NCBI GenBank assembly: GCA_026986775.1
Contig: JALSNX010000030.1
Coordinates: 79,483-143,482 of the forward strand
Source: a candidate division WOR-3 bacterium
GTDB lineage: Bacteria > Hydrothermota > Hydrothermia > UBA1063 > CAJXJZ01
Direction: 5' to 3'
Length of the DNA stretch: 64,000 nucleotides
A model generated the notes under the pieces. The model saw nothing but the letters and a program-made list of their open reading frames with translations, did no database searches and was not told the DNA's origin. Position 1 is the first letter of the stretch, and each line of letters starts with the position of its first letter. Positions 1 through 9,399 of the stretch are shown piece after piece. Position numbers and translations under genes: made by a program.

Positions 1-65
1 CTCCAGGTTAAGGTATAAGTATCAAAACTGTATTTTTGATTATATGTAATTATCTGTGATATCAT
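1..65 (-). CDS. Probable 5' end of a further gene of the kinase/phosphatase operon, truncated by the window edge (MISQIITYNQKYSFDTYTLTW...)
   Basis: ATG at 65 on minus, GGGGG SD-like 7 nt upstream, open frame to position 1, 23 nt after the PP2C stop. Confidence 0.4.
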   Translation of the reverse strand, partial: MISQIITYNQKYSFDTYTLTW

Positions 66-88
66 TAAGTGGCCCCCAAATAGATTAA

Positions 89-2077
89 TCATGGCTTTGT
101 CCTCCTGCCAAACATTACATATAGATATTGAAACTTACTGAAGGTTTTGTCCTTACCTTTTTGGATGGGAATACCTTCTCTTTTGTTTTTACCTTTTTTA
201 GCAAGATAAACTGCAATGTCTCTGCTTAAAGCTTTTATAGTAATGTCAGGGCATTCACTGGTTTTACAGTGTATCGTAACGATAGGTTTACCTTCTCTAT
301 AATATCTTTTGAGAGAATCACATTTTAAATAAATAGTGGCCGAACTTAACATCCTATCAGAAACAAGAATGGGGCCAATTTTGCCTGAAACCTGCATTTT
401 GTAATATGCCCTGAACTTTAAACCATTTATCACTTTAATCTCAAAATCATAAGCATTCCCATGTGTATGAGAAATTTTACACAATCCTGCTTGATAAACT
501 TTATTCTTCGCTTTTCTCTCTACATCTTCCTGTGGCTTTCTTTTATCCTCTCTATAAGAAGGTTTTTTATCATTTCTTGTGTCTGGCTTTTGCTTGCGTT
601 TCTTTATTTCCTTTTCGTTTTTTGTCCTTTTCTTACGCTCTCTGTTTTTTGATTGAGGCTTTCTCTTACTTTTTTGCTCTTCTATTAAACTATTTATTAT
701 CTTTAGTAAGTGGTCCCTATCCAATACCTTTACATTTCGGGATGTTCCATTAACATCAATGTAGAGTTGCCCTGTGTTAACAGGGTAAAAGTAATATGAA
801 TATAAATCTACACTATCTTTTATGTTAAAAATGAGTTCTTTTCTCAAATACCTGAGTGTTTTCACTCCCGTTAAATCTTTTTTTGTTAATTTCTCTATAT
901 TTGATTTAATCAAGGTATCAATCAATACCGTATCGTTGTCCTTTAAGTACAACTCTCCAACTTTTAAGTTTTTCAAAAACATTATGCTATATGTATCAGG
1001 TCTTAAAGTTACTGTTTTTCCATAACTTATCTTATATTCGTTTTCACGATTCCTTAAATAGATGATATGCGAGAGTATTTTATCTTTTACCCGGACAGTG
1101 GCTGTTGGGGTGGATGTTTTGGAATAAAGATAAAGAAATAGACCTGCCCCCAGAGTAAGTAAGAGAAACAGGGATACGAAAATAAGTTTGTTCTGGTGCT
1201 TTTCTTTTTTTCTGATATACTTTTGAGTGTATGAATTTACCACTTTATCCTCTTTGAATAAGGCATCGTTAACTTTCAAAAGTATATAGGTATTGTTATC
1301 ATCACAGAGATTATCACGAATGGCATTGTCAAGATGTCCATTGAGTGTGGTTGCTACTTCTTTAAGGTTGTTTGAGTTTTCAAAAATGTTAAATAAAATG
1401 CTATGGCTAAGAAAACTCTCCCAAACACCATCTGTGCATAGTAGTATAATGTCACTTTCATTTAATAGCACAGTTCTAATGGGGGGAGAAAAATCACTCT
1501 GGGAAGCATGAAGTGAATGTTGAAGTTGGTTCTTCGCTGGATGCTGAGAAAGCTGGTCAAGGGAGAGAAGTTTCTGAGCATAGAGTTGCCATACGAGACT
1601 GTGGTCTTCTGTTAAAAGCCATAATTTTCTCTCCTTTTCAGGCAATTCTTCAGGAAGGGGAATTGCTTTATCTAACCTGTGTAATGATGGGGTAAATACA
1701 TATATTCTGGAGTCTCCTATCCATGTATAAGTAAAACTAAATTTTCCCCCTATCCCTTTCTCCAATACTCCTGCTACAACAGTGCTTCCCATATCTACAC
1801 CTGTTTCCTTGATCTTCTTAGCCGCATATTGTATACCAGTTTTTAATATTTGCTTTGCACTAAATTTTGAGGAATACTCATTGAATACTTCGTTAAGGGA
1901 TTGAACAACTATTTTACTGGCAATATCACCCTTTGAATGTCCCCCCATTCCGTCTGCAACAACAACTAATAATTTATTACCCTTTATGGATACTCCGTAT
2001 GCATCCTCTTGATACTTACGAGGACCTCTGTGATGCCTAAAATAAATGAACTTCTCCTCATTGTTACTAACTTTCAT
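89..2077 (-). CDS. PP2C/PPM-family Ser/Thr phosphatase with TM helix and extracytoplasmic C-terminal region
   Basis: PPM motifs RxxQED, VADGMGGH, GSTVV, IGDSRIY, TEDHS, LLCTDGV, DNNT; TM LIFVSLFLLLTLGAGLFLYLY; Lys/Arg-rich linker. Start placed at ATG 2077 (GAGG upstream) rather than 2086. Confidence 0.9.
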   Translation of the reverse strand: MKVSNNEEKFIYFRHHRGPRKYQEDAYGVSIKGNKLLVVVADGMGGHSKGDIASKIVVQSLNEVFNEYSSKFSAKQILKTGIQYAAKKIKETGVDMGSTVVAGVLEKGIGGKFSFTYTWIGDSRIYVFTPSLHRLDKAIPLPEELPEKERKLWLLTEDHSLVWQLYAQKLLSLDQLSQHPAKNQLQHSLHASQSDFSPPIRTVLLNESDIILLCTDGVWESFLSHSILFNIFENSNNLKEVATTLNGHLDNAIRDNLCDDNNTYILLKVNDALFKEDKVVNSYTQKYIRKKEKHQNKLIFVSLFLLLTLGAGLFLYLYSKTSTPTATVRVKDKILSHIIYLRNRENEYKISYGKTVTLRPDTYSIMFLKNLKVGELYLKDNDTVLIDTLIKSNIEKLTKKDLTGVKTLRYLRKELIFNIKDSVDLYSYYFYPVNTGQLYIDVNGTSRNVKVLDRDHLLKIINSLIEEQKSKRKPQSKNRERKKRTKNEKEIKKRKQKPDTRNDKKPSYREDKRKPQEDVERKAKNKVYQAGLCKISHTHGNAYDFEIKVINGLKFRAYYKMQVSGKIGPILVSDRMLSSATIYLKCDSLKRYYREGKPIVTIHCKTSECPDITIKALSRDIAVYLAKKGKNKREGIPIQKGKDKTFSKFQYLYVMFGRRTKP

Positions 2078-3515
2078 GCCCCACAACCTCTAATTTACCT
2101 TCAAATACCAGATGACCTTTTATCCTTTGGGAAAGAGATAGAATCGGATTTAAAACCTCTTTAAGTTTAGACGGAGTTACACGGATATTTACTAAATTAG
2201 CATGTGTTTGAACTGCCTCAACAAAGCTTGGCCCACTTATTTTACGCACTTTTTCTATAATCACAGCCTGTGGCAAGGTTATTATACCCCCAAATGGGCC
2301 GGGTATGTTCACGATTTTGCCTTCTTCGTATTCTATCATGGGAGCCACATAGGTGCTGTCTGTTTGAGGAAGCGGAAGTGGGATTTTAATCCTGAAAACT
2401 ACTTCATATTTTATCTTTTCTTGTTCTTGTTTCGCCTGTTGCTCTATAAGCATTGGCGATGTGTCTGTGGTTTTAGCATCTATTTGCATTTCGGACAAAG
2501 CATTCCTGAAATTATTTAAGAATTCCTCTGCATTTTTGTATCTTTCATCTATGTTAAGGGAAGTGGCTTTTTTGATAACTCTGGCTATAGGCTGTGGTAA
2601 ACCATACTTTCTTTCTGCTTGAGACACTATATCTGGAAAATTAATAGTTAATGGATTGATGCTTACTATATCCATGTAATTTTGCCAGTTCCATGTGCCA
2701 AGCCATATCTCAAATGTCAGTACTCCAAGAGAATAAATGTCAATACGTGGGTCTTTCCGATATTTTAACATATCCCGAAAATATACAGGATCAAGGTACC
2801 TGCTTGTCCCTACCAGTGAGGTTTTGCCAAAGGTTGTAGTAGTTCCCGTTGCAGATTTTGCGGTTCCGAAATCGGAAAGAACATAGTATATATTTTGCTC
2901 GCCTCTGTCCATTATGAGTATGTTTTTTAAACTCAAGTCTCTATAGACTGTGTTCATTGCATGAAGATACGAAAGGGTTTTTGCTACCTGTTTTATAATC
3001 TTAATTTTTTCTTCCACCGGGAAATTGTCCTTTCCATACTTTTGCATGAGTGCTTCAACATCGCCGTAAGCAAGTTCCATTATGTAATAGGGAAAAGTTC
3101 TCTCTTCTCCTCTGACTCTCATATGGAATTCACCATAGTCAACAATACCAACTATACCAGGATGTGAATATGAAGTTAAAATTTTTATCTCCTTTCTTAA
3201 CATCTCCTCAGATTTTTCCACTAAAGTATCATCAATAAAGGAAGCAAATTCTATCAAGGATGCAGCACTTATAGGCAACTTCAAAGCATACACACTCTGG
3301 TTTCTCGGCTCCTTAACTTTAAGAATGTAGGCGAACCCTCCCTTAGCTACTACGCCTTCTATCAAATACCTTCTATTTTTCAAAAAGATCTCTTCAAGTG
3401 GAATGTTCTTTATCCGATATAAAAAGTCTATATCTATCAGACTATTACTGCCACAATATGGGCATACTTCAAAAGTTCTGCTTATAAATCTAAAACATTT
3501 CGTGCACCTCTTCAT
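2067..3515 (-). CDS. Hanks-type Ser/Thr protein kinase with N-terminal zinc ribbon
   Basis: CTKC..CPYC N-terminus; KGGFA loop, ALK, YRDLSLKN, DFG, GTSRYLDP, DIYSLG. Confidence 0.9.
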   Translation of the reverse strand: MKRCTKCFRFISRTFEVCPYCGSNSLIDIDFLYRIKNIPLEEIFLKNRRYLIEGVVAKGGFAYILKVKEPRNQSVYALKLPISAASLIEFASFIDDTLVEKSEEMLRKEIKILTSYSHPGIVGIVDYGEFHMRVRGEERTFPYYIMELAYGDVEALMQKYGKDNFPVEEKIKIIKQVAKTLSYLHAMNTVYRDLSLKNILIMDRGEQNIYYVLSDFGTAKSATGTTTTFGKTSLVGTSRYLDPVYFRDMLKYRKDPRIDIYSLGVLTFEIWLGTWNWQNYMDIVSINPLTINFPDIVSQAERKYGLPQPIARVIKKATSLNIDERYKNAEEFLNNFRNALSEMQIDAKTTDTSPMLIEQQAKQEQEKIKYEVVFRIKIPLPLPQTDSTYVAPMIEYEEGKIVNIPGPFGGIITLPQAVIIEKVRKISGPSFVEAVQTHANLVNIRVTPSKLKEVLNPILSLSQRIKGHLVFEGKLEVVGHES

Positions 3516-4885
3516 GATAGTTCATCCTTTTTAAAGTATTTTTCTATTAAAAATACTGTGCTTCCTGTGGATAGGTATCCTCCTGCATCCAGAAGCACCT
3601 GTCTTTTACCTATGACAATGTTGTTATAGCGGGAAAGATTTCTCGGGAGGTGGCCGTTTACATCATCAGTAAAATATATATCGGTGGATTTCTTTATTAA
3701 TTTCCCGTGTATAGAAGACATCCATGGATCATTAGAAAACATTATATTTCCCTCTTTTCTTCCCACAATTAATTCCCAATTTGTTGTCCTCTTTACATCA
3801 ATAAGTATAGTTGTATGGCTGAACAGCTGAGATATACCAGGATACCTTACCACCTTAACTCCATCAGGTAGATTACTGGTTTTAACCTCATTTGCTAAAG
3901 TAATTATATGTAGCGCAACGTATTTAAATGGGCTTCCACAATGCTGGCAAAAATTCGCTGGAGGGTCTGTGGTTTTTCCACAATCCAGGCAAGTATAAGG
4001 TCCTTCTTCCACAAGCGGTGTTATGTGTTTAATTGATATACTGGATTCTGGTTTTTTCCCTAATTGTGGGCAATACTTTTGAATTAGAGTTTCGGCGAAA
4101 GGCCTTTCGTCCGGGAAAAAAGTGGTTGCTTCTATTACCAGGTCCCTTATATTCTTCGGTGATATTTTTTTGTACCAGTTCTCAAGAACTTTACTACCCT
4201 TATTGAGATATTCTGCTTTTATTGACTTATTGCACCCTGAAAAAGGCATTTCTCCTGTTACTATTACACCTATTGTCAATCCCATACTGAAAACATCGTG
4301 TAGTTTTTTCATGTTCTTTACCTGTTCTCTCGGTGAACTTCCACGAATCTTTGAGAGACGGGCACCCGCCTGCGCCGACAAATCAAACATGGGGAAGTAT
4401 TCAGGTGGCATATAACATTCCGTTCCTGCAAATGACAACCCAGTTTGACTGTCTCGCCATGAAGCCACCCCAAAATCAAGTAAAATCGGTATATTATTTT
4501 TTACCCTTATGTTTTCAGGCTTTATATCCCTGTGCACAATCCCTATACTATGTAATTGTGAAACCGCATCAACAATCCTTGCTATGAAATCTATATCCTC
4601 CGTGTTCTTATAGTAAGCAATAGGGTCATCAGGAAGGTATTCCATTACATATGCTTTTTGATCAAACATTATTTCTTTTATGTCAACAAGATACGGTATT
4701 TTATACTTCTTTCTTATCTCATTTAGTTTTGCAGCCTCTTTGAAGAATCTTTCAAGTATATACTCCCGGGTTTCCTTTGAAACTTTAATGGCATATTTTT
4801 GCCCTTCATGCTCACCAAGATACACGATTCCAAATCCCCCTGTCCCAAGAGTAGTCAATATCCTATATTTTCCTATCTTCTTCAT
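3512..4885 (-). CDS. Hanks-type Ser/Thr kinase with zinc ribbon and C-terminal FHA-like domain
   Basis: GTGGFG, AIK, HRDIKPEN, DFG, YMPPE; CLDC..CQHC; IVGR..DPWMSSIHG FHA signature. Confidence 0.9.
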   Translation of the reverse strand: MKKIGKYRILTTLGTGGFGIVYLGEHEGQKYAIKVSKETREYILERFFKEAAKLNEIRKKYKIPYLVDIKEIMFDQKAYVMEYLPDDPIAYYKNTEDIDFIARIVDAVSQLHSIGIVHRDIKPENIRVKNNIPILLDFGVASWRDSQTGLSFAGTECYMPPEYFPMFDLSAQAGARLSKIRGSSPREQVKNMKKLHDVFSMGLTIGVIVTGEMPFSGCNKSIKAEYLNKGSKVLENWYKKISPKNIRDLVIEATTFFPDERPFAETLIQKYCPQLGKKPESSISIKHITPLVEEGPYTCLDCGKTTDPPANFCQHCGSPFKYVALHIITLANEVKTSNLPDGVKVVRYPGISQLFSHTTILIDVKRTTNWELIVGRKEGNIMFSNDPWMSSIHGKLIKKSTDIYFTDDVNGHLPRNLSRYNNIVIGKRQVLLDAGGYLSTGSTVFLIEKYFKKDELS

Positions 4886-4893
4886 AGCACACT

Positions 4894-6897
4894 TTATTTT
4901 ATAATTTCTTCTGGTATCCTAAAACTAAGTCCATAGGTCTCATTTTCACTTCCACTAAACACTATACTTTGCTCTATAGCAACTACATTGAAGCAGGAAT
5001 CTCTAACGGATGGATTGACAATAAAGTCGGGAGAACCACTGTATCCGTGATATGTTTGTGCAAAAATTTTAACATAATCTATTTCAACATCAATAATTAA
5101 ACCTGCCGTGTGAGCTCTGGTCCAACTAGGATATCCAATAACACCTACAAAATCTCCTTCTTTAACGCTATTGGAGAGTTTAAATGGGGTTGCTACTTCC
5201 TTTGCTATTTTAGCTGGGAGTTTAAAATATGCCACGGAATCCGAATACTTTTTAAAGTCAATTCTATTAGAAAACTTCCATTCTGAAACACTTATCGGCA
5301 AGATTCGTTTCTTCACCAGTTCTTTACCTAATTCCTCTATATCTATGTCTTTTTGAAAACCCTTTGCTAACAAATCTTTTACATCTTCTGACAGGTCGGT
5401 TGGGTTATCTATATAAGTCCTGTTCAACCCTATAAAAGCAATGGCTTTGGTGTTGTCTATACCGCCAAGAACATGGGCTATTGTAATAGCATAAACTTCA
5501 CCCTTATTATTATAAGCAAAAAATCCCGTCCCAGCACTTTCCTTTATACTATCATCTTCCTGAAAAATTGTTACAATTGGAAAAACAGAAGGGATTGATT
5601 GAGTCTTTGTAAAATTATCAATATCTTTCACTATATCTCTTACCTCGTTTAATGCTTCTTTTGTTTCCCCCCTGTTACTCAATTCCTCCAGTTTCTGCTT
5701 CAATTTGTCAACCTCATTTTTTAATACCCTAATCCTTCTGTCTTTTCTACTACTCACTTGCTTCAATCTTTCAATTTCTTCCTTCTTTTTTGCTATTTCA
5801 TTCTTTACACTGTTTAAACTGTCCATGTAAGCCAGGTATGTATTTTTAAGATCGGCAATTTTGCTGTTTAAATTGGCTACATCTTTCCTATAAGAACTTA
5901 ATTTATTACTCCATGCAATAGCCTGAATCTGTGAAAACCCGCCAAAAGCAGGTATTCCAAGGAGTGCAATGACAACAAAAACCCTCATCGTGGTCTGGAG
6001 CTTTTTGTATTCGTTATGCATTAACTGGGCAGTTCTGGATACTGTTTTGGGATGGAAAATGGACTTCTTCTCAGACTCATATTCTATTTTAAAAGTGGGC
6101 CCAAATCCAGAAACAAGACTCAGTTCAGCATTATTTGGCAGTTGTGTGGCAGTAGTATAAGGTGTATTGTTAATGGCAAAAGCATACTTCTGAGCAATCG
6201 GTGTATAGAACAGAGAATTTCCAACAACCATTATCTTGCCATGTCTTCTGCTAACAACCCGCCAGTTGTCTCCCAGAACAACATCGGCCCAGTTTTTATC
6301 TCTTCCTATATTTATCTCAAATTTTTCAAATGTTTTCTCCTCCCCTTTCTGCCATTCCTGATTTACAGTATCATTTGGAATAATCTTAACCTTTACACTC
6401 ATTGCAGCCATGGAAATCGTTTTCATCAGAGATTGTGTTAATGCCTGACTTTCTGTCATGGGTTTTCCCTGTATGGTTGACCTTAATGATTTTTCCGAGC
6501 CAAGTTTGAAAATAGATGCCAGAAAAGCGAGTGCAAAAAACATTGTGGTATACAAAAGTCCAGCATAAGCATAAAGATGAGAGCCACCTTTCACAGCCAC
6601 AAGGAGTTCAGTTCCTAACAAGGCGGTTATTATGAAAAGGATGACACTTCTTATATACACGAGAGTTTTAGTCGTATGTAGAAAAAGGGTTATAAATATA
6701 ATTACAGATACCGCAATCACAATAATCCCATCAATTCTCGTAAATGCTCCTTGTGAAAATTCCTTAAGAAAGTCAAATACATTCTTCTCCGCTTGAAAAC
6801 CGTGGGAGAGAAACGCTATTAAAGACCCAGCAGGTATACGTGGCCAGTTTAAGAATAAACCAAAAAGAGCAATTAATACAAGAAACGCTGCCAGCAT
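4894..6897 (-). CDS. Multi-pass membrane protein: 4 TM - FHA - TM - coiled coil - trypsin-like serine peptidase
   Basis: FHA IGRD..VSRRHG; heptad-rich coil; peptidase motifs GTGF, TIAHVL, GYPS, GYSGSP. Confidence 0.8.
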   Translation of the reverse strand: MLAAFLVLIALFGLFLNWPRIPAGSLIAFLSHGFQAEKNVFDFLKEFSQGAFTRIDGIIVIAVSVIIFITLFLHTTKTLVYIRSVILFIITALLGTELLVAVKGGSHLYAYAGLLYTTMFFALAFLASIFKLGSEKSLRSTIQGKPMTESQALTQSLMKTISMAAMSVKVKIIPNDTVNQEWQKGEEKTFEKFEINIGRDKNWADVVLGDNWRVVSRRHGKIMVVGNSLFYTPIAQKYAFAINNTPYTTATQLPNNAELSLVSGFGPTFKIEYESEKKSIFHPKTVSRTAQLMHNEYKKLQTTMRVFVVIALLGIPAFGGFSQIQAIAWSNKLSSYRKDVANLNSKIADLKNTYLAYMDSLNSVKNEIAKKKEEIERLKQVSSRKDRRIRVLKNEVDKLKQKLEELSNRGETKEALNEVRDIVKDIDNFTKTQSIPSVFPIVTIFQEDDSIKESAGTGFFAYNNKGEVYAITIAHVLGGIDNTKAIAFIGLNRTYIDNPTDLSEDVKDLLAKGFQKDIDIEELGKELVKKRILPISVSEWKFSNRIDFKKYSDSVAYFKLPAKIAKEVATPFKLSNSVKEGDFVGVIGYPSWTRAHTAGLIIDVEIDYVKIFAQTYHGYSGSPDFIVNPSVRDSCFNVVAIEQSIVFSGSENETYGLSFRIPEEIIK

Positions 6898-6898
6898 T

Positions 6899-7900
6899 TT
6901 ATTCCTCCTGTATTGTTTTTATATGCAGTTTTGCTTCAACAGGAACTCCATTTTTCTTCACAATCCTAATGATGGTGTTATTATCAAGAATCACGGGGTC
7001 TTCCTTTATCTCAACGTAAAAGCTCTTCCCACTTAAAGGAACCAGATACCATGAACCATTGGTTAAAGGCTGAACTTTTAAATGATGTTTTGAAACTCCA
7101 CTTTGAGCAAGTATCAATTCTTCAATTTGCAATAGTTCCATAAGAGTCTCTCTACCCAGAATAAATTCCCAATTTACCGTTAATATATCGTTTTTCCCCG
7201 GCATGTTTAATACCCTTATTCGTGGTTTCCCGGTGGTGAAAATATTAAATACATCTTCACCAGGACCGGCCATTACCGTTTTAATCTCATTAGTCTCTTG
7301 CATCATATCTTTGTGTTCTGCTGAACCAAGTAGCTGAAACCCCACTGCTCCAAGATAAAACTCTGTTCCACTCAAAACAATAAGTCCTTTATTGTATTTG
7401 ACAAAGAGTTTACCCTCCGTTTGAGAACTGATTTTTCTAATCATTACCTTTGGATAAAGTGTAGAGTTGTATACCATAAAGGCAAAACCCTCAAATGCTC
7501 CCACACCAGCAAAAAACGGCTCGCACTTTTTAAGTAATACATTCCCTTCAAGATTATCGTAATTAGATGACTGCCACTCAAACTCAATTTTCATTGACGA
7601 TTTTTCTTCTGTTTCATAACTTCTCACTTCCTCTATTTGTTGTTGAGCAGGCATCAGTGGAAACCCACAGAACTTGCAGAAACTTGCTTCAGGGGGATTC
7701 TCTTTTCCACATTTTGGACATTTAATTCCCTTCCCACCAATATTAGATAACTTTTTATGCCTTATTCCCTCTTCCACAGACACTGACAGAGATGTTTCAG
7801 CAGGAAATTCATATCCACAGACAGGGCACTTATCCAGGCCCTCTTTTACGAATGACCCACATTGTGGACACCTTCTTCCCAAAAGAGTTGATCCTTCCAT
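6899..7900 (-). CDS. Double zinc-ribbon protein with C-terminal FHA-like domain
   Basis: CPQC..CPVC and CPKC..CKFC; LGR...GVSKHH degenerate FHA motif. Confidence 0.7.
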   Translation of the reverse strand: MEGSTLLGRRCPQCGSFVKEGLDKCPVCGYEFPAETSLSVSVEEGIRHKKLSNIGGKGIKCPKCGKENPPEASFCKFCGFPLMPAQQQIEEVRSYETEEKSSMKIEFEWQSSNYDNLEGNVLLKKCEPFFAGVGAFEGFAFMVYNSTLYPKVMIRKISSQTEGKLFVKYNKGLIVLSGTEFYLGAVGFQLLGSAEHKDMMQETNEIKTVMAGPGEDVFNIFTTGKPRIRVLNMPGKNDILTVNWEFILGRETLMELLQIEELILAQSGVSKHHLKVQPLTNGSWYLVPLSGKSFYVEIKEDPVILDNNTIIRIVKKNGVPVEAKLHIKTIQEE

Positions 7901-7914
7901 GTTTACCTCCTCTT

Positions 7915-9159
7915 CTATTTTTTATTTAATAATGCAATTGCAAAAACATCGTTTTTCTGGCGAGCAATGTCCAGTGGACTCTTGCCATATTTGTTTTTTA
8001 TATTAGGTTTTGCTCCAGCCAAAATGAGCTTCTTTATAATGTCATAATTACCCTGTAAAACAGCATAGTGCAGTGGTGTGTTTCCATCCATATCTGCAAT
8101 ATTCGGGTCTGCTCCGTTTAAAAGTAGTGCTTTCACAGAATACCCAGAGCCGTGCAAAGAAGCAATATGCAGTCCCGTTCTCCCATATTTATCTTTCCAC
8201 GCCACATCAAAATCATTTATCAAGTGAGAGACTTTATCTGTATCATCATCAAAGAAAGAAGAAAACAAAGGAACCCAGGCATATTCATTTTTTACCGTAG
8301 AATCACTGTGATAAAGTATAAAATCAACACTCCAGTAATGCCTGTGTTTCCATGCATAATCTATGGGGGAAAGACCATTACTATCCCTTTTACACTCAGG
8401 ATTAAACTGTAAAATCTTAATTAAAAAGGATGAATCTTCCTGCATTGCTGCATAATGCAGTGCTGTTTTTCCATATCTATCCCCATTATTTATAGCGTCG
8501 CTAATACCCTTAAACTTCTTTAACATATAAACAAAAATTGGGTAATCACCCATTTTTATACTTAACATAAATGGAGTCATACCAACATCATTAGAAATAC
8601 TCACAGACGCTCCATTTTCCATAAGTAACACAGCCAAATCATCTCTTTTATTTCTTATGGCCATATACAGCGGTGTATAGCCTTCCAGATTGAATGTGTC
8701 CCAGTTAAACTTACTCACTGAGGATAGAAATACCAAGACACCACGAAAATTTCCGGCATCCACCATAGTATGGAGCACATTATTACCATAGGTATCTTTC
8801 AGGGTAAAATCAGCACCATTATTCAGAAGGTATATAAAGACATTGATAAGGTTAGAGTCCTTTGCTGCATAAAACAATGGTGTCTGATTGTTTTTATCAG
8901 TGATATTGATATCTGCTCCACGCTTAATAAGAAAATCTACAACTCTGATATTTCCGCATTTAACTGCAACATGAAGCAGTGAAGGATTAAAATACCCATT
9001 ATAAAAACTGAACTTGTAATCAGGTCCAACAACATACAGAAAACTGTCAAGGACTGAAATATTACCCTCTGTTATTGACGAATATAACACTCTTTCTTCT
9101 TCTCTGTCACCAAGAGAATTTCCCTCAAGTAGGGCAAGAAAAAGTATTAAAACCAGCAT
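7915..9159 (-). CDS. Ankyrin-repeat protein with signal peptide
   Basis: Multiple TPLH/TPLF/TALH..A..G..GAD repeats; hydrophobic N-terminus; GGAGG SD. Confidence 0.9.
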   Translation of the reverse strand: MLVLILFLALLEGNSLGDREEERVLYSSITEGNISVLDSFLYVVGPDYKFSFYNGYFNPSLLHVAVKCGNIRVVDFLIKRGADINITDKNNQTPLFYAAKDSNLINVFIYLLNNGADFTLKDTYGNNVLHTMVDAGNFRGVLVFLSSVSKFNWDTFNLEGYTPLYMAIRNKRDDLAVLLMENGASVSISNDVGMTPFMLSIKMGDYPIFVYMLKKFKGISDAINNGDRYGKTALHYAAMQEDSSFLIKILQFNPECKRDSNGLSPIDYAWKHRHYWSVDFILYHSDSTVKNEYAWVPLFSSFFDDDTDKVSHLINDFDVAWKDKYGRTGLHIASLHGSGYSVKALLLNGADPNIADMDGNTPLHYAVLQGNYDIIKKLILAGAKPNIKNKYGKSPLDIARQKNDVFAIALLNKK

Positions 9160-9202
9160 CTACTGCACGCCTCCTTCTGAATTTTTGCCCCATTAAATAC
9201 TG

Positions 9203-9217
9203 GCAATTTAAATGCCA
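9203..9217 (-). promoter_or_regulatory. sigma54 (-24/-12) promoter for the ankyrin/kinase operon
   Basis: TGGCATTTAAATTGC = GG-N10-GC, ~45 nt upstream of ATG 9159. Confidence 0.75.
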
Positions 9218-9270
9218 AAGGCTCACATCGCTTAAATACACACATTTCCATACATATCTCCCTCTTAAAC

Positions 9271-9303
9271 TTTCATTTTGAATTTTGAAATTTCATTTTG
9301 AAA
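9271..9303. promoter_or_regulatory. Tandem palindromic TTTCA-N3-TGAAA boxes (putative enhancer/UAS)
   Basis: TTTCATTTTGAAT at 9271 and TTTCATTTTGAAA at 9291, 20-bp period; same arrangement at 11879-11911. Confidence 0.65.
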
Positions 9304-9357
9304 TCCCGAAGGTGACATAAAAAGTAATTGTTCCAATCTTTAATAGATAATATAGAT

Positions 9358-9393
9358 AAAGAGCCCCTTCGTTACAATGAAGGGGCTCTTTTT
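9358..9393. terminator. Rho-independent terminator (possibly bidirectional)
   Basis: AAAGAGCCCCTTC-8nt-GAAGGGGCTCTTT hairpin just after the lipoprotein stop. Confidence 0.8.
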
Positions 9394-9399
9394 GAAGTA

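Noticed and set aside
89-7900. Type VI secretion regulatory module (PpkA/PppA/Fha)
   Set aside because: No Tss core, Hcp, VgrG or ClpV genes visible; cannot be excluded beyond the left edge
9201-9215. Plus-strand sigma54-like TGGCAATTTAAATGC
   Set aside because: Arises from near-palindromy of the minus-strand promoter; poorer -12 and no plus-strand gene downstream
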